Of a DNA stretch of 64,000 nt, positions 49,947 to 61,454 are shown piece by piece. The first letter of the stretch is position 1, and every line of letters begins with the position of its first letter. The position numbers and the translations under genes are program-made. This DNA comes from an uncultured bacterium (lineage in GTDB: Bacteria > Chlamydiota > Chlamydiia > Chlamydiales > SM23-39): positions 928,001 through 992,000 of the forward strand of contig OY970323.1 in NCBI GenBank assembly GCA_963716985.1, in the 5' to 3' direction. The notes beneath the pieces are model-generated. The model was not told where the DNA came from. It worked only from the letters and a program-made list of their open reading frames with translations, and searched no databases.

Positions 49947-51125
49947 ATGAGAAAAATTTCCTTTTTCCTGTCCATTGGTTGTGCTTTTTGCCTTTGTGCA
50001 GAAGATCTCCAAGAAGCTAATATCTCGGGACTTACAAGAACAGATACCATTCCAAAAGAGTCGATTCAACAAGCGCCCGATCCCTATTTTGAGGGCTATT
50101 TGCAAGCCCTTGTCGATATGCATTTTTACGAGCATAAGGTGGTAGTTTTAGTAAAAGATCATACCGTCTGGCTTGCCAACCTACCCAAAAACGAGCTCAT
50201 AGAAAAGAGTATTATTTCCTTTATTAAGGATGTCCCGGGTGTCTCGGCCGTCAACAAAATCGATGGCGTTCCTCCCAAGGAGATGGAAAAAAGAGAAAAG
50301 TATGTCAACCGCCCTAGGATGACAGGAATCTGGTTTCCCCAGATGACCGAACTCTTTTTGCCCTTGATCGCCAATCCCCGCCAGGTCATCTATTCGATTG
50401 GTTATCGCGGAGGGGATAGGGTCTGCGGTAAGAATGCAGTGCCCATTTCTTTAGGCGATGACTTTCCGATCTTCCGCTGGATTAGCGTTCTCCCGTGGAG
50501 AGGAGATTGCCAGATCGGTATCGAAGCGGGCATCTGGTCGGTTTTTAACATCGATCCTCCAAAGCCGAATGATTGTAAAGGGACAGAGCTGGTCAATACG
50601 GATTTTTATGTCGGAATACCTGTGACATATGCGGTCAATCAATGGTCGTTCCGGCTGCGTCCCTATCACATTTCTTCCCACCTTGGCGATGAGTTTATGG
50701 TCAACCATCCGCTTTTTAGAAGACGCAACCCAAGTTTTGAATCGCTCGATTTCTTTTTGTCTTATCAGGCAAATGATATCTTCCGCGTTTATGGAGGCGC
50801 CGGCTGGATCATGCATAGCGATCACACCTTTCCCATGAAACATTATTATCTTGAATATGGATCAGAGGCCCGTTTCTTTGGGCATAAGATGTATTATCAT
50901 AAGCTTTATGGGACATTCTTTGCGGCCGTTCATTTCCGCACCTGGCAGGTGCTCAAAGATGATTTCGACGTCACGGCGGTGGCGGGGTATGAGTGGAGTA
51001 AGCTGCAAGGGGTGGGCCGCAAGATTCGCTTGATGGGAGAGTTCCATCATGGCTTTTCTCTCGAAGGACAATTCTTTAAAAGAAGAACCACCTATGGAGC
51101 CTTTTTGCTCGCTTATGGATTTTGA
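49947..51125 (+). CDS. DUF1207-family exported protein (chlamydial)
   Basis: Signal peptide, LF.PLIANPR, HISSHLGDEF, terminal YGF. Confidence 0.75.
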   Translation: MRKISFFLSIGCAFCLCAEDLQEANISGLTRTDTIPKESIQQAPDPYFEGYLQALVDMHFYEHKVVVLVKDHTVWLANLPKNELIEKSIISFIKDVPGVSAVNKIDGVPPKEMEKREKYVNRPRMTGIWFPQMTELFLPLIANPRQVIYSIGYRGGDRVCGKNAVPISLGDDFPIFRWISVLPWRGDCQIGIEAGIWSVFNIDPPKPNDCKGTELVNTDFYVGIPVTYAVNQWSFRLRPYHISSHLGDEFMVNHPLFRRRNPSFESLDFFLSYQANDIFRVYGGAGWIMHSDHTFPMKHYYLEYGSEARFFGHKMYYHKLYGTFFAAVHFRTWQVLKDDFDVTAVAGYEWSKLQGVGRKIRLMGEFHHGFSLEGQFFKRRTTYGAFLLAYGF

Positions 51126-53242
51126 GGCAAATCGATACAAAAACCTTCTTTGTAGATTTTTCCTTCCTTGCCGATCGAAAGTGTTCCTTTTAAGAATCGA
51201 CGATAGATTTCCAGGCCTTGCTCTGCCGTCTGAATGCAATAAAAACAATTGCTGACCCATTCGGATCCTTTGATCGTTCCTGCTTTGATATTGCATTGAA
51301 ATCGAGAGAGCACTTTCTCTTTCCAATACTCCGGAGTGCCAAAAAGAAGAATGGGATTGGCGGGACATGATCCGACCTTTCTTCGCACTTCTTCCAGCGT
51401 ATATTCAAAATCCGTGCCGATGCCGCCGACTAGAAAGATGGGAAAATCTAAGTGGAATTCCGCTTGTCTTTCGACCAAACGATCGAGGCGATAGGTCATC
51501 TTGGCATAGATGAAGGGGTTTTGATGCTGTTCATGAATGACACTGCCCTCTTTGGCGCGAAAATCTACGATGTTCGCACAGGAAAGGATCCCCAGCTTTT
51601 GGGCTACGCGGTTGCCCACTTCCATGGCGCCGGGCCCGCCTCCGGTGAGAAGGGCGAGAGGAGTGTCTTTGCAGAGAAGCGGATGAAAGACCTCTTCCCG
51701 CATTTTGAGCACGCCTAAGAGAAGGTCGGCAAGCTCTTTTTCAAAGTTGCCCTCGACAAGATTGGACCCATAAACACCAAAAAATGTGGCTTTGCGAAAG
51801 GTATCGGCAAGATGGATCGGGACAAACATGCCTGTATCCTTTTCCGGCTTGATGACGTATTGCAGAATATTGTTCGTGGATTTGTCGACCCAGAAAACGG
51901 GAATGCCGAATTTCGCAAGATCGAGCAAGAATGCGCGGTCTTCATGAGAGAAAAAATCTCCATAGGAGCGGGAAGGAGTCGTAAAATAGATGGCTTTTAA
52001 GCAGTTGATCACGTTCGAGCTTAAGAACATTCTTTTCATCAGGGGGGAGGGAAAATAGCGGCAGAGGAGAATGCCCTGAGAGGTGATGAGATTGTTTTCC
52101 ATTGCCTCCAAAAAGGGATAGGAGGGTTGTTCTTTAATGTACTGTTCGACAAGGCTGGCTTGTCTGGAAGGATGGGAGAGCCCCGGAAATTCATGTTTAT
52201 AGGCAGCGCGCACGACCCAGTCTTGAGGGGTTAAATTGGCCAGCTGGGTTCCTTTGACAATAAAAACTGCTGCAAGATGATCTTTCGGAGAGGGAGCTTT
52301 TTCAAAGGCGGAAAAGAGAGTTTGCGGTTTTTCAAGCGATGCCTGGAGCTGGTCGCGGTCGGAGAAGAAGACATATTCTCGATGGGACTCGAGAGTATAG
52401 AACTCGAGGGGAACATCGGACAGTTCATGATTGCTGGAGCCAAAAAACTCATACACATCGCCCGATGCTTCCGTATCGGGCTGCAAAACCGAGGCGGTCG
52501 TGTGGTGGTATCCTTGAGGAAGAAAACTTTCGACCACCTTGGCAAATACCGTGCGCACATGCAGGGGAGAGGTGCGCACCAAAAGGACTTCATTCTCCTT
52601 TGCGATTTTGGGATGGTTGGCTTGCCATTGGTAATAGAGGTGTAAAAGCTCTCGGGAAGGAAATCGCTTGCGGGTCAAGATCTTGGCAAGAACGGGTAGA
52701 AAGGAAGAAACCTCCTTTTCATACGTCAGCGTGCCGTTTCTTAAAGGGAGGAAGGCAACGGTTGTCCCTTTGATTTTTTCCAGAATCAGATCATGCCCGT
52801 CATGAGGATTTCCCAAAAAGAGCAGAGGTTTTTTGTTGCGATCGTGGCGGCCGAACATGCGGCGCAAGTAATCGGGCTCGCGCACTCTTCTTCGATCGTC
52901 GGCAGCAAAGAGCTTTCCTACATAGGTTCCTTTAGTCAAAAGCTGCACAAGCGCTTTGCCCGTGGGGTTCAAACCAATCAGATCGACAAGAATTTCAGCC
53001 GATCCATTTTTTTTATCTAAGAAATATTCTTTTCCGATCCCATTCAGTCCCAGCTGAGCAAGTGTGCTTTTGATGTTGAAAAAGACCAAACTTGGATCGA
53101 TGGAAAAACCCACAAAAGCAGGGGATATGCCGGAAATTTTCACCAAGGCTTCTCTTGTGCTTTCGTTGATCGTTTTCAAAGAATCGATCACTCCATCAGG
53201 AGTGATGAGATCAAAATGGCTGGAGATAAGATAGCTTTCCAT
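51113..53242 (-). CDS. Conserved chlamydial protein with C-terminal LOG-family domain
   Basis: TGGGPGAME, ERQAEF, GGIGTDFE. Confidence 0.75.
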   Translation of the reverse strand: MESYLISSHFDLITPDGVIDSLKTINESTREALVKISGISPAFVGFSIDPSLVFFNIKSTLAQLGLNGIGKEYFLDKKNGSAEILVDLIGLNPTGKALVQLLTKGTYVGKLFAADDRRRVREPDYLRRMFGRHDRNKKPLLFLGNPHDGHDLILEKIKGTTVAFLPLRNGTLTYEKEVSSFLPVLAKILTRKRFPSRELLHLYYQWQANHPKIAKENEVLLVRTSPLHVRTVFAKVVESFLPQGYHHTTASVLQPDTEASGDVYEFFGSSNHELSDVPLEFYTLESHREYVFFSDRDQLQASLEKPQTLFSAFEKAPSPKDHLAAVFIVKGTQLANLTPQDWVVRAAYKHEFPGLSHPSRQASLVEQYIKEQPSYPFLEAMENNLITSQGILLCRYFPSPLMKRMFLSSNVINCLKAIYFTTPSRSYGDFFSHEDRAFLLDLAKFGIPVFWVDKSTNNILQYVIKPEKDTGMFVPIHLADTFRKATFFGVYGSNLVEGNFEKELADLLLGVLKMREEVFHPLLCKDTPLALLTGGGPGAMEVGNRVAQKLGILSCANIVDFRAKEGSVIHEQHQNPFIYAKMTYRLDRLVERQAEFHLDFPIFLVGGIGTDFEYTLEEVRRKVGSCPANPILLFGTPEYWKEKVLSRFQCNIKAGTIKGSEWVSNCFYCIQTAEQGLEIYRRFLKGTLSIGKEGKIYKEGFCIDLPQNP

Positions 53243-53312
53243 TTAGAGAATTAATCCTTTTGTCCTATAATCGATTTTTATAGGGAAGTGGGAATTTTTA
53301 GGGAACAGAAGT

Positions 53313-54206
53313 TTGCAAAACATTCAAAAAAAACTATCAAGAAGTGCCGGAATCCATGACGGATCCTTTCACGCGGACGAGGTCACGGCGTGCGCCCTGT
53401 TGCTTGTGTTTGACCTGATCGATCGCGATCGCATCATGCGCACGCGCGATCCCAAGCTGCTTGCTTGTTGTGAATACCTGTGTGATGTGGGAGGTGTTTG
53501 GGATCCTAGCTCCAAGCGCTTTGACCACCACCAAGCGGAATATACGGGCCACTTAAGCAGCGCCGGGATGGTGTTGGAATATTTGTTTCAAGAAAAATGG
53601 ATCGATTCTGCTTTCTATCATTATTTACGGCGGGCTTTGGTACAAGGAATCGACGAACATGATACCGGAAGGAGCCGTTTGGAAGAGGGCATATGCACCT
53701 TTTCCCAGGTCATTTCCAACTTTTTACCCATTCGATACGATGCTTCTTCTCAAGAGATGCAAGAGGCCTTTCTCCAAGCTCTGGATTTCGCGCGCGGCCA
53801 TCTGAGTCGTCTCAAGCAGCGATATTTTTATCAAAAAGAGTGTCGCAAAATCGTCCAACAAGAGATGAAAAAAGAGTCCACCTGCATGATTTTTGACGAG
53901 CCGATTTCCTGGATGGAGAGTTTTTTTGAGCTCAACGGGGAAAACCACCCCGCTCTCTTTGTGATTATGCCTGCAGGGAATTCATGGAAGCTAAGAGGGA
54001 TCCCTCCCTCCTATAAAAACCGCATGCAGGTCCGGCTTCAGCTTCCCCAGGAGTGGGCGGGCCTTCAAGGTGACGCATTGCAAAAAATATCGGGCATCGA
54101 GGGGGCAATCTTTTGCCATAAAGGGCGCTTCATTTCCATTTGGAAGACGAAGGAGGATGCGCTCAAAGCTTTGGCAACTGTTGTAAAAAAGGCAGAAAAA
54201 CAATGA
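53313..54206 (+). CDS. MYG1-family metal-dependent hydrolase
   Basis: HDGSFHADE, RTRD, DVGG, FDHHQ, LSSAG, FCH. Confidence 0.9.
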   Translation: MQNIQKKLSRSAGIHDGSFHADEVTACALLLVFDLIDRDRIMRTRDPKLLACCEYLCDVGGVWDPSSKRFDHHQAEYTGHLSSAGMVLEYLFQEKWIDSAFYHYLRRALVQGIDEHDTGRSRLEEGICTFSQVISNFLPIRYDASSQEMQEAFLQALDFARGHLSRLKQRYFYQKECRKIVQQEMKKESTCMIFDEPISWMESFFELNGENHPALFVIMPAGNSWKLRGIPPSYKNRMQVRLQLPQEWAGLQGDALQKISGIEGAIFCHKGRFISIWKTKEDALKALATVVKKAEKQ

Positions 54207-54538
54207 GCACCGTTTTTGAAAAGATCCTCTTGGGCAATCTTCCTTGTGAAAAAGTGTTTGAGAATGAAAGAATTCTTGCGATTAAGGATCAATATCCAAT
54301 TGCTCCCGTACATCTTTTGATCTTGCCGAAAAAAAAGATCGCCTGTCTTCAAGATGTCCAAGAAGAAGATCTTCCGCTGATCGCAGAAATGATCGCAGTT
54401 GCGCAAAGTCTTGCGGAAGAGTTTCAAATCAGCGACGGCTATCGCCTTCTTGCCAACAATGGAGAAAGGGCGGGACAATCGATCTTTTATTTGCATTTTC
54501 ATCTCATTGGAGGAAGAAGATTGGGAGCGATGGGATGA
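54203..54538 (+). CDS. HIT-family nucleotide hydrolase
   Basis: TVFEKI, P.APVH.LI.PKK, GQSIFYLHFHLIGG. Confidence 0.9.
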   Translation: MSTVFEKILLGNLPCEKVFENERILAIKDQYPIAPVHLLILPKKKIACLQDVQEEDLPLIAEMIAVAQSLAEEFQISDGYRLLANNGERAGQSIFYLHFHLIGGRRLGAMG

Positions 54539-56259
54539 GAGCGCGCATAGCCATTTTGATTTTTTTTTCTTTGCCCCTCTCCCTTTTTTCACAAGAATCT
54601 GTTGAGGAAACAGAAATTCTTCGCCGCATCTATGATCATCTGATCATTCAGGATTACGCCTCCGCCCTCGATGAAGCGCAAAATGGTCTCGATCTTTATG
54701 AATCCTCGGAAAAGATGCAATCGGCTTTTGTCGAGACGCTTGCAAAATCCGGCAAGAGCAATGAGGCGATCGATTTTTTTAAAGGGAAGACTCCTTCTGC
54801 CTCTCTTCTGGAAACGATTGCATGGGGCGTGATCAAGGAAGGAAGCAGATCCTCGCAATATGCGGTTCGTCTGAGCAGTCTTGTGGGCGCTTTTCTGACC
54901 CAAGATGCAAAAGCACTGGATTTTCTTCTCTCTGCGATGGAGGATACCAACGCGGTTCTTCGCGCAGTTGGCGTGCAGCTCTGCTCTCAATATGGCGATG
55001 ACCTTCTCCAAAAAGAGGTCATACGCTTATTTGCAAGGGAAAAAGCCTTTTGGGTAAAGCTCGAAATCCTTCGCGCCTTGGGGCAGATGAGAGTCAAAGA
55101 AATGGCCGATCATCTCAAAGAGATTGCTGCGAGCGAGGAGAGAACGTTTGAAGAAAAGGCCATCGCCATCGCCTCTCTTGTCAAGATCTACGAAAAGCCG
55201 AAGCCCGAAGAGGTCTGTTCTCTGGTCCAAAGTCCTAAAGCGGGATTGCGGCAATTTGGCTGCGAGCTCGCAGCTCATTTTGAAGTGAAGGAAGCAAAAG
55301 ATCGGATTTTACAACTTTTAAGCGATCCCCGTCCGGACGTGCGCATTTCTGCTTTGAATGCCCTTGGCCTTGCCTATCGATGGGATGCGAAAAAAGAAGA
55401 GATTTTTCCTCTTTTAGAACGCTCTCTTTCGGACAAAATGCCCTCTGTGGCTATCACTGCGGCATGGGTAGCTATGCTCGCGGAGCATCCGGCGGCCGAA
55501 AGGGTTTTTGAAGAATGGATCGAACATCCGGTGGAAAAAAACAGACGGCTTGCCGCGGCCGCTTTGGCAAAGACGGGCTCTTACGGCGTTTCTCTTTCCC
55601 AAAAACTCATTCGGAAGACGGAAGATCCCTATGTTGCCGCTAATCTTGCGCTCGGGCTTCTCGGACAGAGGGTCGAGGTGAAAAAGTGCTGCGATATTCT
55701 CTTTGATTTTTTAAAAAACAAGAGCGGGCTTTGGATGTGGGATGCAAAAGAGGGGACGATATTTCAAGTGCTTTCCGATAGCGACGTGCGCCATCTGGAT
55801 CCCATTCCTTTTTATCCGGAAAGCATCGATGCCATGGCGACGCTCCGTCTTCTTTCCTTTCTGGCTGTAGAGGGCGATCATCGCGCCCTCGAAGGGCTCA
55901 AACACTTTTTGGCCCATAAGCATTGGGGAATGAGCGCGCTTGCTGCTGTGACTTTGCTGAGGGAAGGAGGGGAGTCTGAGGCGGAACTGGTGCGCAAGCT
56001 TCTGCAAGATCCCGATCGAAACGTTCGGTGCCAGGCAGCGCTGGCGCTTGCATTTCTTGGCAAAGATAGGACGGCAATGCCCATTTTGATCGAGGCGTAC
56101 AACCTTGCCGATTACGAACTCAAAGAGCGTATTTTAGAGGCACTCGGCCAAATAGGCTCGGAAGAGAGCCTGTCTTTCTTATTTCAGACGTTAAAAGAGC
56201 CTTTTTTGCAACTTCGCGTGATTGCCGCTTCTTCTCTTGTCCAATGCCTCTATCGATAG
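54535..56259 (+). CDS. HEAT-repeat protein with signal peptide
   Basis: Repeated L.D....VR..A..AL helices. Confidence 0.8.
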   Translation: MRARIAILIFFSLPLSLFSQESVEETEILRRIYDHLIIQDYASALDEAQNGLDLYESSEKMQSAFVETLAKSGKSNEAIDFFKGKTPSASLLETIAWGVIKEGSRSSQYAVRLSSLVGAFLTQDAKALDFLLSAMEDTNAVLRAVGVQLCSQYGDDLLQKEVIRLFAREKAFWVKLEILRALGQMRVKEMADHLKEIAASEERTFEEKAIAIASLVKIYEKPKPEEVCSLVQSPKAGLRQFGCELAAHFEVKEAKDRILQLLSDPRPDVRISALNALGLAYRWDAKKEEIFPLLERSLSDKMPSVAITAAWVAMLAEHPAAERVFEEWIEHPVEKNRRLAAAALAKTGSYGVSLSQKLIRKTEDPYVAANLALGLLGQRVEVKKCCDILFDFLKNKSGLWMWDAKEGTIFQVLSDSDVRHLDPIPFYPESIDAMATLRLLSFLAVEGDHRALEGLKHFLAHKHWGMSALAAVTLLREGGESEAELVRKLLQDPDRNVRCQAALALAFLGKDRTAMPILIEAYNLADYELKERILEALGQIGSEESLSFLFQTLKEPFLQLRVIAASSLVQCLYR

Positions 56260-56544
56260 TGATAAAACCATTTTTTCGCAACATCTGCCGATGGTTTTGC
56301 CATTTGAAGGGAATTGTAAAAGCCATTGTTGACACTTTTGGGCAAAAGAATTATTTTTTTTACCATAACGTGTGGAGAGGATCAAGTTCTTTTCGCTATT
56401 TCTTGTTTTAAATTTCCGAATTGTCTTAAGATTGTTTGCTTTAATGCCAAAACAAAAGTTGCGTTGAGAAAGTCCTTCCAGCCATAAAACAAAGAGAATT
56501 TTTTGTTTGTGAATGAAATGGGTGTTTCTTTAAGGAAAGTGGTT

Positions 56545-56763
56545 ATGCCGAAAGAAGATGCTATTAAGATGGAAGGAAAGGTGGAGGAGTTGTTGCCGAA
56601 CATGACATTTCGCGTGGTTTTGGAAAATGGGATGACGGTTGTCGCACACCTCTGCGGGAAGATGCGCATGCGGAATATTCGCGTGTATGTAGGGGATACT
56701 GTGACGGTGGAAATGTCTCCTTACGATTTGAGTAAAGCGCGCATCATTTATCGCCAAAAATAA
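56545..56763 (+). CDS. infA: Translation initiation factor IF-1
   Basis: [17 protein letters not shown]...[13 protein letters not shown]. Confidence 0.96.
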   Translation: MPKEDAIKMEGKVEELLPNMTFRVVLENGMTVVAHLCGKMRMRNIRVYVGDTVTVEMSPYDLSKARIIYRQK

Positions 56764-56904
56764 GACGCTTGTTTTAAATCTTTGTTTTGACTAAGATAAA
56801 ACCGCTTCAAAACCGGAAGCTGGCCGTTGCGATATCGGCCGCACGCTGTGGAGAGGAGAAATTCCCGCAGAAAAAGGTGTTTTTGAACAGTTCAGTTCGA
56901 AGGC

Positions 56905-56976
56905 GCCCAGATAGCTCAGTGGTAGAGCACTTGCATGGTAAGTAAGCGGCCGTAGGTTCAATTCCTATTCTGGGCA
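56905..56976 (+). tRNA. tRNA-Thr(GGT)
   Basis: GCCCAGATAGCTCAG...GGT...GGTTCAATTCC...CTGGGCA cloverleaf. Confidence 0.93.
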
Positions 56977-57027
56977 AAACAAAAAGAAGTAGTAGATCAA
57001 TTTTACGGATCCTAATGGAGGAAAAGA

Positions 57028-58212
57028 ATGGCAAAAGAAATGTTTCAAAGGACAAAACCTCACGTAAACGTAGGAACAATCGGGCACGTAGACCATGGAA
57101 AGACTACCCTGACGGCTGCGATCACAAAAGTTTTGGCAGAAAAAGGGTCTGCAAAGTTTCGAGATTATGCTTCGATTGACAATACGCCGGAAGAAAAAGC
57201 TCGCGGTATTACGATTAATACCTCTCACGTTGAATATGAAACTCCCAAGAGACATTATGCTCACGTTGACTGCCCGGGCCACGCCGACTATGTCAAGAAC
57301 ATGATCACCGGTGCAGCTCAGATGGACGGGGCCATTCTTGTCGTTGCCGCGACTGACGGTCCGATGCCGCAAACAAAAGAACACGTGCTTTTGGCCCGCC
57401 AAGTAGGGGTGCCGACGATCATCGTTTTTCTCAACAAAATGGACCAGATCGGCAAGGGAGACGAGGAGCTTGTAGAGCTCGTTGAGATGGAATTGACAGA
57501 GCTTTTGGAGGCGAAAGGATATAAGAACGTGCCGATCGTCCGCGGTTCTGCTCTCAAAGCATTGGAAGGAGATCCTGAAGCAGAAAAAGCGATTTTGAAG
57601 CTCATCGAAGTGATGGACGAAAAGATTCCCGAGCCCGTTCGAGAAGTGGACAAGCCCTTCCTCATGCCTATTGAAGACGTTTTCTCCATCTCCGGACGAG
57701 GAACTGTTGTCACGGGCAGGGTAGAAAAGGGAATTGTCCGCGTGAACGAGAAGCTCCAAATCGTTGGACTTAGAGAGACTCGAGATACCGTTGCTACCGG
57801 ACTGGAAATGTTCAATAAGACATTGGATGAAGCGCGAGCCGGGGAAAACGTTGGCATCCTCTTGCGCGGTATTGAAAAACACGATGTCGAAAGAGGAATG
57901 GTTCTTGCTGCTCCCGGTACCTGCACGCCGCATAAGAAATTTAAGGGCGCTATTTACGTTCTGACAAAAGATGAAGGCGGGCGGCACAAGCCATTCTTCA
58001 CCGGATATCGTCCTCAATTTTTCTTCCGCACGACCGATGTTACCGGTACGGTTACGCTTCCCCAAGGCACCGAGATGGTAATGCCGGGAGATAACGTAGA
58101 GATTGCTGCAGAACTTTTGCAGCCCGTTGCCATGGAAGAAGGGATGAGATTTGCAATACGCGAAGGCGGCCGAACCATTGGAGCCGGAACCGTTTCAAAG
58201 ATCATCGAGTAG
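57028..58212 (+). CDS. tuf: Elongation factor Tu
   Basis: [24 protein letters not shown]. Confidence 0.99.
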   Translation: MAKEMFQRTKPHVNVGTIGHVDHGKTTLTAAITKVLAEKGSAKFRDYASIDNTPEEKARGITINTSHVEYETPKRHYAHVDCPGHADYVKNMITGAAQMDGAILVVAATDGPMPQTKEHVLLARQVGVPTIIVFLNKMDQIGKGDEELVELVEMELTELLEAKGYKNVPIVRGSALKALEGDPEAEKAILKLIEVMDEKIPEPVREVDKPFLMPIEDVFSISGRGTVVTGRVEKGIVRVNEKLQIVGLRETRDTVATGLEMFNKTLDEARAGENVGILLRGIEKHDVERGMVLAAPGTCTPHKKFKGAIYVLTKDEGGRHKPFFTGYRPQFFFRTTDVTGTVTLPQGTEMVMPGDNVEIAAELLQPVAMEEGMRFAIREGGRTIGAGTVSKIIE

Positions 58213-58234
58213 AATTTCTGAGAAGAAATCTACA

Positions 58235-58307
58235 GGGTGTGTAGCTCAGTTGGTAGAGCGGCGATCTCCAAAGTCGTTGGTCGGGGGTTCGAGTCCCTCC
58301 GCACTCG
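58235..58307 (+). tRNA. tRNA-Trp(CCA)
   Basis: GGGTGTGTAGCTCAG...CTCCAAA...GGTTCGAGTCC...CGCACTCG. Confidence 0.93.
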
Positions 58308-58340
58308 TTGTAAAAAGGTTTGTTTCCCAAGGAATGAAAA

Positions 58341-58538
58341 ATGAAAGGGAATTTCTTACGAGAAACTCAGCAAGAAATTAAAAAAATTTCCTGGACTACA
58401 AAAGAGGAGCTCATCGCACTTACGAAAATTGTGCTGGGCGCTACTCTGGTTTTTGGCTTTGCCGTTTATTTTGTTGATTTGGTGATTCGGGGATGCCTTG
58501 AGATCATTGGACAGCTTGTACGCTTGATATTTGGATAA
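58341..58538 (+). CDS. secE: Preprotein translocase SecE
   Basis: EIKKISWTT.EEL plus a TM helix; canonical position. Confidence 0.92.
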   Translation: MKGNFLRETQQEIKKISWTTKEELIALTKIVLGATLVFGFAVYFVDLVIRGCLEIIGQLVRLIFG

Positions 58539-58548
58539 GGATTTTTTT

Positions 58549-59085
58549 ATGTTTAAGTGGTATGTGGTCCAAGCGATGTCGGGCCAGGAGAAAAAAGTCA
58601 AAAAAACGATCGAAGAGAATCGTGCCGGAAAGGGAATGACCGAGCAGGTCGCGGAAGTGATTGTTCCCACCGAAAATGTGTCCGAAGTGAAAAAAGGCCA
58701 GCAGCGCGTGGTCGAGAAAAAATTATGGCCCGGATACATCCTTGTCAAAATGATTTTGAATGAAGAATCTTGGGCCTATGTCAAAGAATGCAATGGGGTC
58801 ATCGATTTTTTGGGAGGGGAAAAACCCTCCCCCTTAAGCGACCGGGAAGTGGCGGAGATTTTAAAGGAACTTGAAGAGCGCAAGAAAGGCGTTGTTCAAA
58901 AGCATAAGATTGACGTCGGAGCTACCGTGAAGATCATCGACGGCGTTTTCATTAACTTTGTGGGAACCGTCGAAGAAGTTTTTCATGACAAAGGCCGATT
59001 GAGCGTTCGAGTCTCTATTTTTGGAAGAGATACCCGGGTGGATGACTTGGAGTTTTGGCAAGTAGAACAGGTAACGACTGAATAA
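58549..59085 (+). CDS. nusG: Transcription factor NusG
   Basis: WYVVQ..SG.E, PGYILV, KOW motif, SIFGRDT. Confidence 0.96.
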   Translation: MFKWYVVQAMSGQEKKVKKTIEENRAGKGMTEQVAEVIVPTENVSEVKKGQQRVVEKKLWPGYILVKMILNEESWAYVKECNGVIDFLGGEKPSPLSDREVAEILKELEERKKGVVQKHKIDVGATVKIIDGVFINFVGTVEEVFHDKGRLSVRVSIFGRDTRVDDLEFWQVEQVTTE

Positions 59086-59099
59086 AAGGAAAAGAGTCC

Positions 59100-59525
59100 A
59101 TGGCTAAGAAAAAAATTATTAAGACCATTAAGTTGCAAATTCCGGCCGGGAAGGCAAATCCGGCGCCCCCGATTGGCCCTGCTTTGGGTTCTGCAGGAGT
59201 GAACATCATGGCCTTTTGTAAAGATTTTAATCAGAGGACGCAAGAAGCCGCGGGATCCATTCTTCCTACGATTATCAGCGTTTATTCCGATAAGAGTTTC
59301 TCATTTGAAACGCGTGAGCCTCCCGTTCCTGAATTGATCAAAAAAGCTGTGGGAATTGAATCGGGTTCGAAAGTGCCGAATCGGGATAAAGTAGGCAAAA
59401 TGAACGACCAGCAGGTGGAAGACATTGCCAAAAAGAAAGCCAAAGATATGAGAGCAGTCTCCTTGGAAGCGGCCAAACAGATGGTCAGAGGAACTGCGCG
59501 TTCGATGGGCGTAGATATCGTTTAA
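59100..59525 (+). CDS. rplK: 50S ribosomal protein L11
   Basis: [22 protein letters not shown]. Confidence 0.98.
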   Translation: MAKKKIIKTIKLQIPAGKANPAPPIGPALGSAGVNIMAFCKDFNQRTQEAAGSILPTIISVYSDKSFSFETREPPVPELIKKAVGIESGSKVPNRDKVGKMNDQQVEDIAKKKAKDMRAVSLEAAKQMVRGTARSMGVDIV

Positions 59526-59537
59526 AGGAAGAAGGAT

Positions 59538-60239
59538 ATGGCATCAAAAAGCAAAAGAATGAAGACTATTGAAAAATTTGTAGATGAACAGAAGCGTTCC
59601 ATCTATACGATTGAGCAAGCCGTTGAGACACTGCAAAAATGTGCTCCTGTGAAATTTGACCAATCGATTACAACTTCCTTGAAAGTAGGAATTGACCCGA
59701 AGAAGAGCGAGCAGCAAGTTCGTGGAACTGTGGCGCTTCCTCATGGAACGGGCAAGGCCTTGAAGGTCGTTGTCGTTGCAAAAGCAGATAAGGTCCAAGA
59801 AGCGTTGAAAGCGGGCGCTGATGAAGCCGGTACAGAGGACTTGATTGAGAAGATTAAAGAGGGCTGGACCGATTTTGATGCTCTGATTGCAACACCCGAA
59901 ATGATGCGTGAAGTTGGAAAATTAGGGAAAGTCTTGGGCCCTCGCGGTTTAATGCCGACCCCAAAGGCGGGAACGGTTACTACGGATGTGGAAAAAGCAG
60001 TCAAAGAGATGAAGGCCGGTAAGGTTGAATTTAAAATGGACAAGAGCGGCGTGATTCAAAATGTTGTTGGCAAGCTCTCCTTTTCAAAGGAAAAGCTTTG
60101 CGAGAACATTCGTGCGCTTCTCCAGGCTGTTGTTCGTGCAAAACCTGCCTCTGCAAAAGGGGTATTTATGCAGTCTCTCTATCTTGCTTCAACGATGGGA
60201 CCGGGTTTAAAAATAGATTTACAGGAGTTAAATGGGTAG
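59538..60239 (+). CDS. rplA: 50S ribosomal protein L1
   Basis: [24 protein letters not shown]. Confidence 0.98.
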   Translation: MASKSKRMKTIEKFVDEQKRSIYTIEQAVETLQKCAPVKFDQSITTSLKVGIDPKKSEQQVRGTVALPHGTGKALKVVVVAKADKVQEALKAGADEAGTEDLIEKIKEGWTDFDALIATPEMMREVGKLGKVLGPRGLMPTPKAGTVTTDVEKAVKEMKAGKVEFKMDKSGVIQNVVGKLSFSKEKLCENIRALLQAVVRAKPASAKGVFMQSLYLASTMGPGLKIDLQELNG

Positions 60240-60400
60240 GTTTTGAAGATCTGCCTTGTTTCTATACAAGTTTTATTGTACAATTGCGCCAAAATTTGGG
60301 CGGATGAAATCGAAAAGCACTCTCTGTAAGTTAGATGAAACGAAGAGAGAAAGACGTGGGTCGTAAGAGACTTGAAAAGTTAAGCTAAGCGAGATGGAAT

Positions 60401-60922
60401 ATGAGACCAGAAAAGAAACTTCTATTAGAGGAAATCCAAAGCAAGATGGACCTTTCAAAGGGAATGCTTTTTGTCCGATATGATAAGCTTCCTCCGAACC
60501 TCTCCTGGAATCTTGCGAATGAACTGTCTAAGAAAGAGAGCTTATTTGAAGTTGTGAAAAAGAGAATTTTCTTCAAAGCCATTGAAGCTGCCGGCAAGAA
60601 GATGGAGTTGCAAATTGAGGGGCATCTCGGCGTCCTTTTTATGATGGGAGATACTCTAGATGCAACCAAGGCATTCTTCTCTTTTTGCAGGGCAAATGAA
60701 GAAATATTCCACATAGAGGGCGGAGAGTTCGAAGGACGCTTTTTTTCATCCGCAGAAATTGAAATGCTTTCAAAATTGCCCTCTTTGGATGTAATGAGAG
60801 CGCAATTACTAGGATTGCTAGAAGCTCCGATGTCAGGAACATTAGCAGTAATGGAAACTCTCTTGACCGGTGTAATGTATTGCATGGAAAACAAAAGTCA
60901 ACAAGAAACAAAAAATCAATGA
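60401..60922 (+). CDS. rplJ: 50S ribosomal protein L10
   Basis: VVKKR, LSKLPS...AQLLG; canonical position. Confidence 0.93.
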   Translation: MRPEKKLLLEEIQSKMDLSKGMLFVRYDKLPPNLSWNLANELSKKESLFEVVKKRIFFKAIEAAGKKMELQIEGHLGVLFMMGDTLDATKAFFSFCRANEEIFHIEGGEFEGRFFSSAEIEMLSKLPSLDVMRAQLLGLLEAPMSGTLAVMETLLTGVMYCMENKSQQETKNQ

Positions 60923-60931
60923 GGTAATACC

Positions 60932-61327
60932 GTGGCCACAGTAAATATTGACCAACTCGTAGAAACATTAAGTGAACTTTCAGTTTTGGACATGGCAAAA
61001 TTGAAAACGGCTTTGGAGACCAAATGGGGCGTAAAAGCGATGGCAGCAGCACCTGCCGTTATTGCTGCGGCGCCGTCCGAAGCTCCTGCTGCAGCAGCTT
61101 CCGAGTCGACGGAATTTAAGGTGATACTCGAAGAAGCTCCTAATGACAAAAAAATCGGCATCATTAAAGTCGTCAGAGAGATTACGGGTCTTGGATTGAA
61201 AGAAGCAAAAGATCTCGTTGAAGGGGCTCCAAAAACCATCAAAGAGAGTGCGCCTAAAGCAGAAGCAGAAGAGATGTCAAAAAAAATTCTAGCTGCCGGT
61301 GGAAAGGTCTCTCTGAAGGGGCTTTAA
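60932..61327 (+). CDS. rplL: 50S ribosomal protein L7/L12
   Basis: [24 protein letters not shown]. Confidence 0.98.
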   Translation: MATVNIDQLVETLSELSVLDMAKLKTALETKWGVKAMAAAPAVIAAAPSEAPAAAASESTEFKVILEEAPNDKKIGIIKVVREITGLGLKEAKDLVEGAPKTIKESAPKAEAEEMSKKILAAGGKVSLKGL

Positions 61328-61369
61328 TTGGATTTTATCGGGGAGTCTTAGGAGTATTAAGGCTTCCTC

Positions 61370-61407
61370 AAAAGAGCAGAAACCTGAATAAGGGTTTTTG
61401 CTCTTTT
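61370..61407 (+). terminator. rplL-rpoB terminator/attenuator hairpin
   Basis: AAAAGAGCAGAAACC-loop-GGTTTTTGCTCTTTT. Confidence 0.65.
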
Positions 61408-61454
61408 AGTATTTTAGGAAATCTTTTTGTAAAAAGTTCAGAGGAGCGAGCTGC

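Noticed and set aside
54480..54510. HIT motif with first His replaced by Tyr (YLHFH)
   Set aside because: The catalytic middle His is retained, so this is probably tolerated variation.
56965..58065. 366-aa antisense ORF and other long shadow ORFs (e.g. 62538-63311, 34141-34773, 43619-44326)
   Set aside because: They lie opposite tuf, rpoB, the ATPase or the RND gene and show no recognisable motifs.
60240..60400. L10 leader RNA
   Set aside because: Expected at this position, but I could not match the consensus with confidence.
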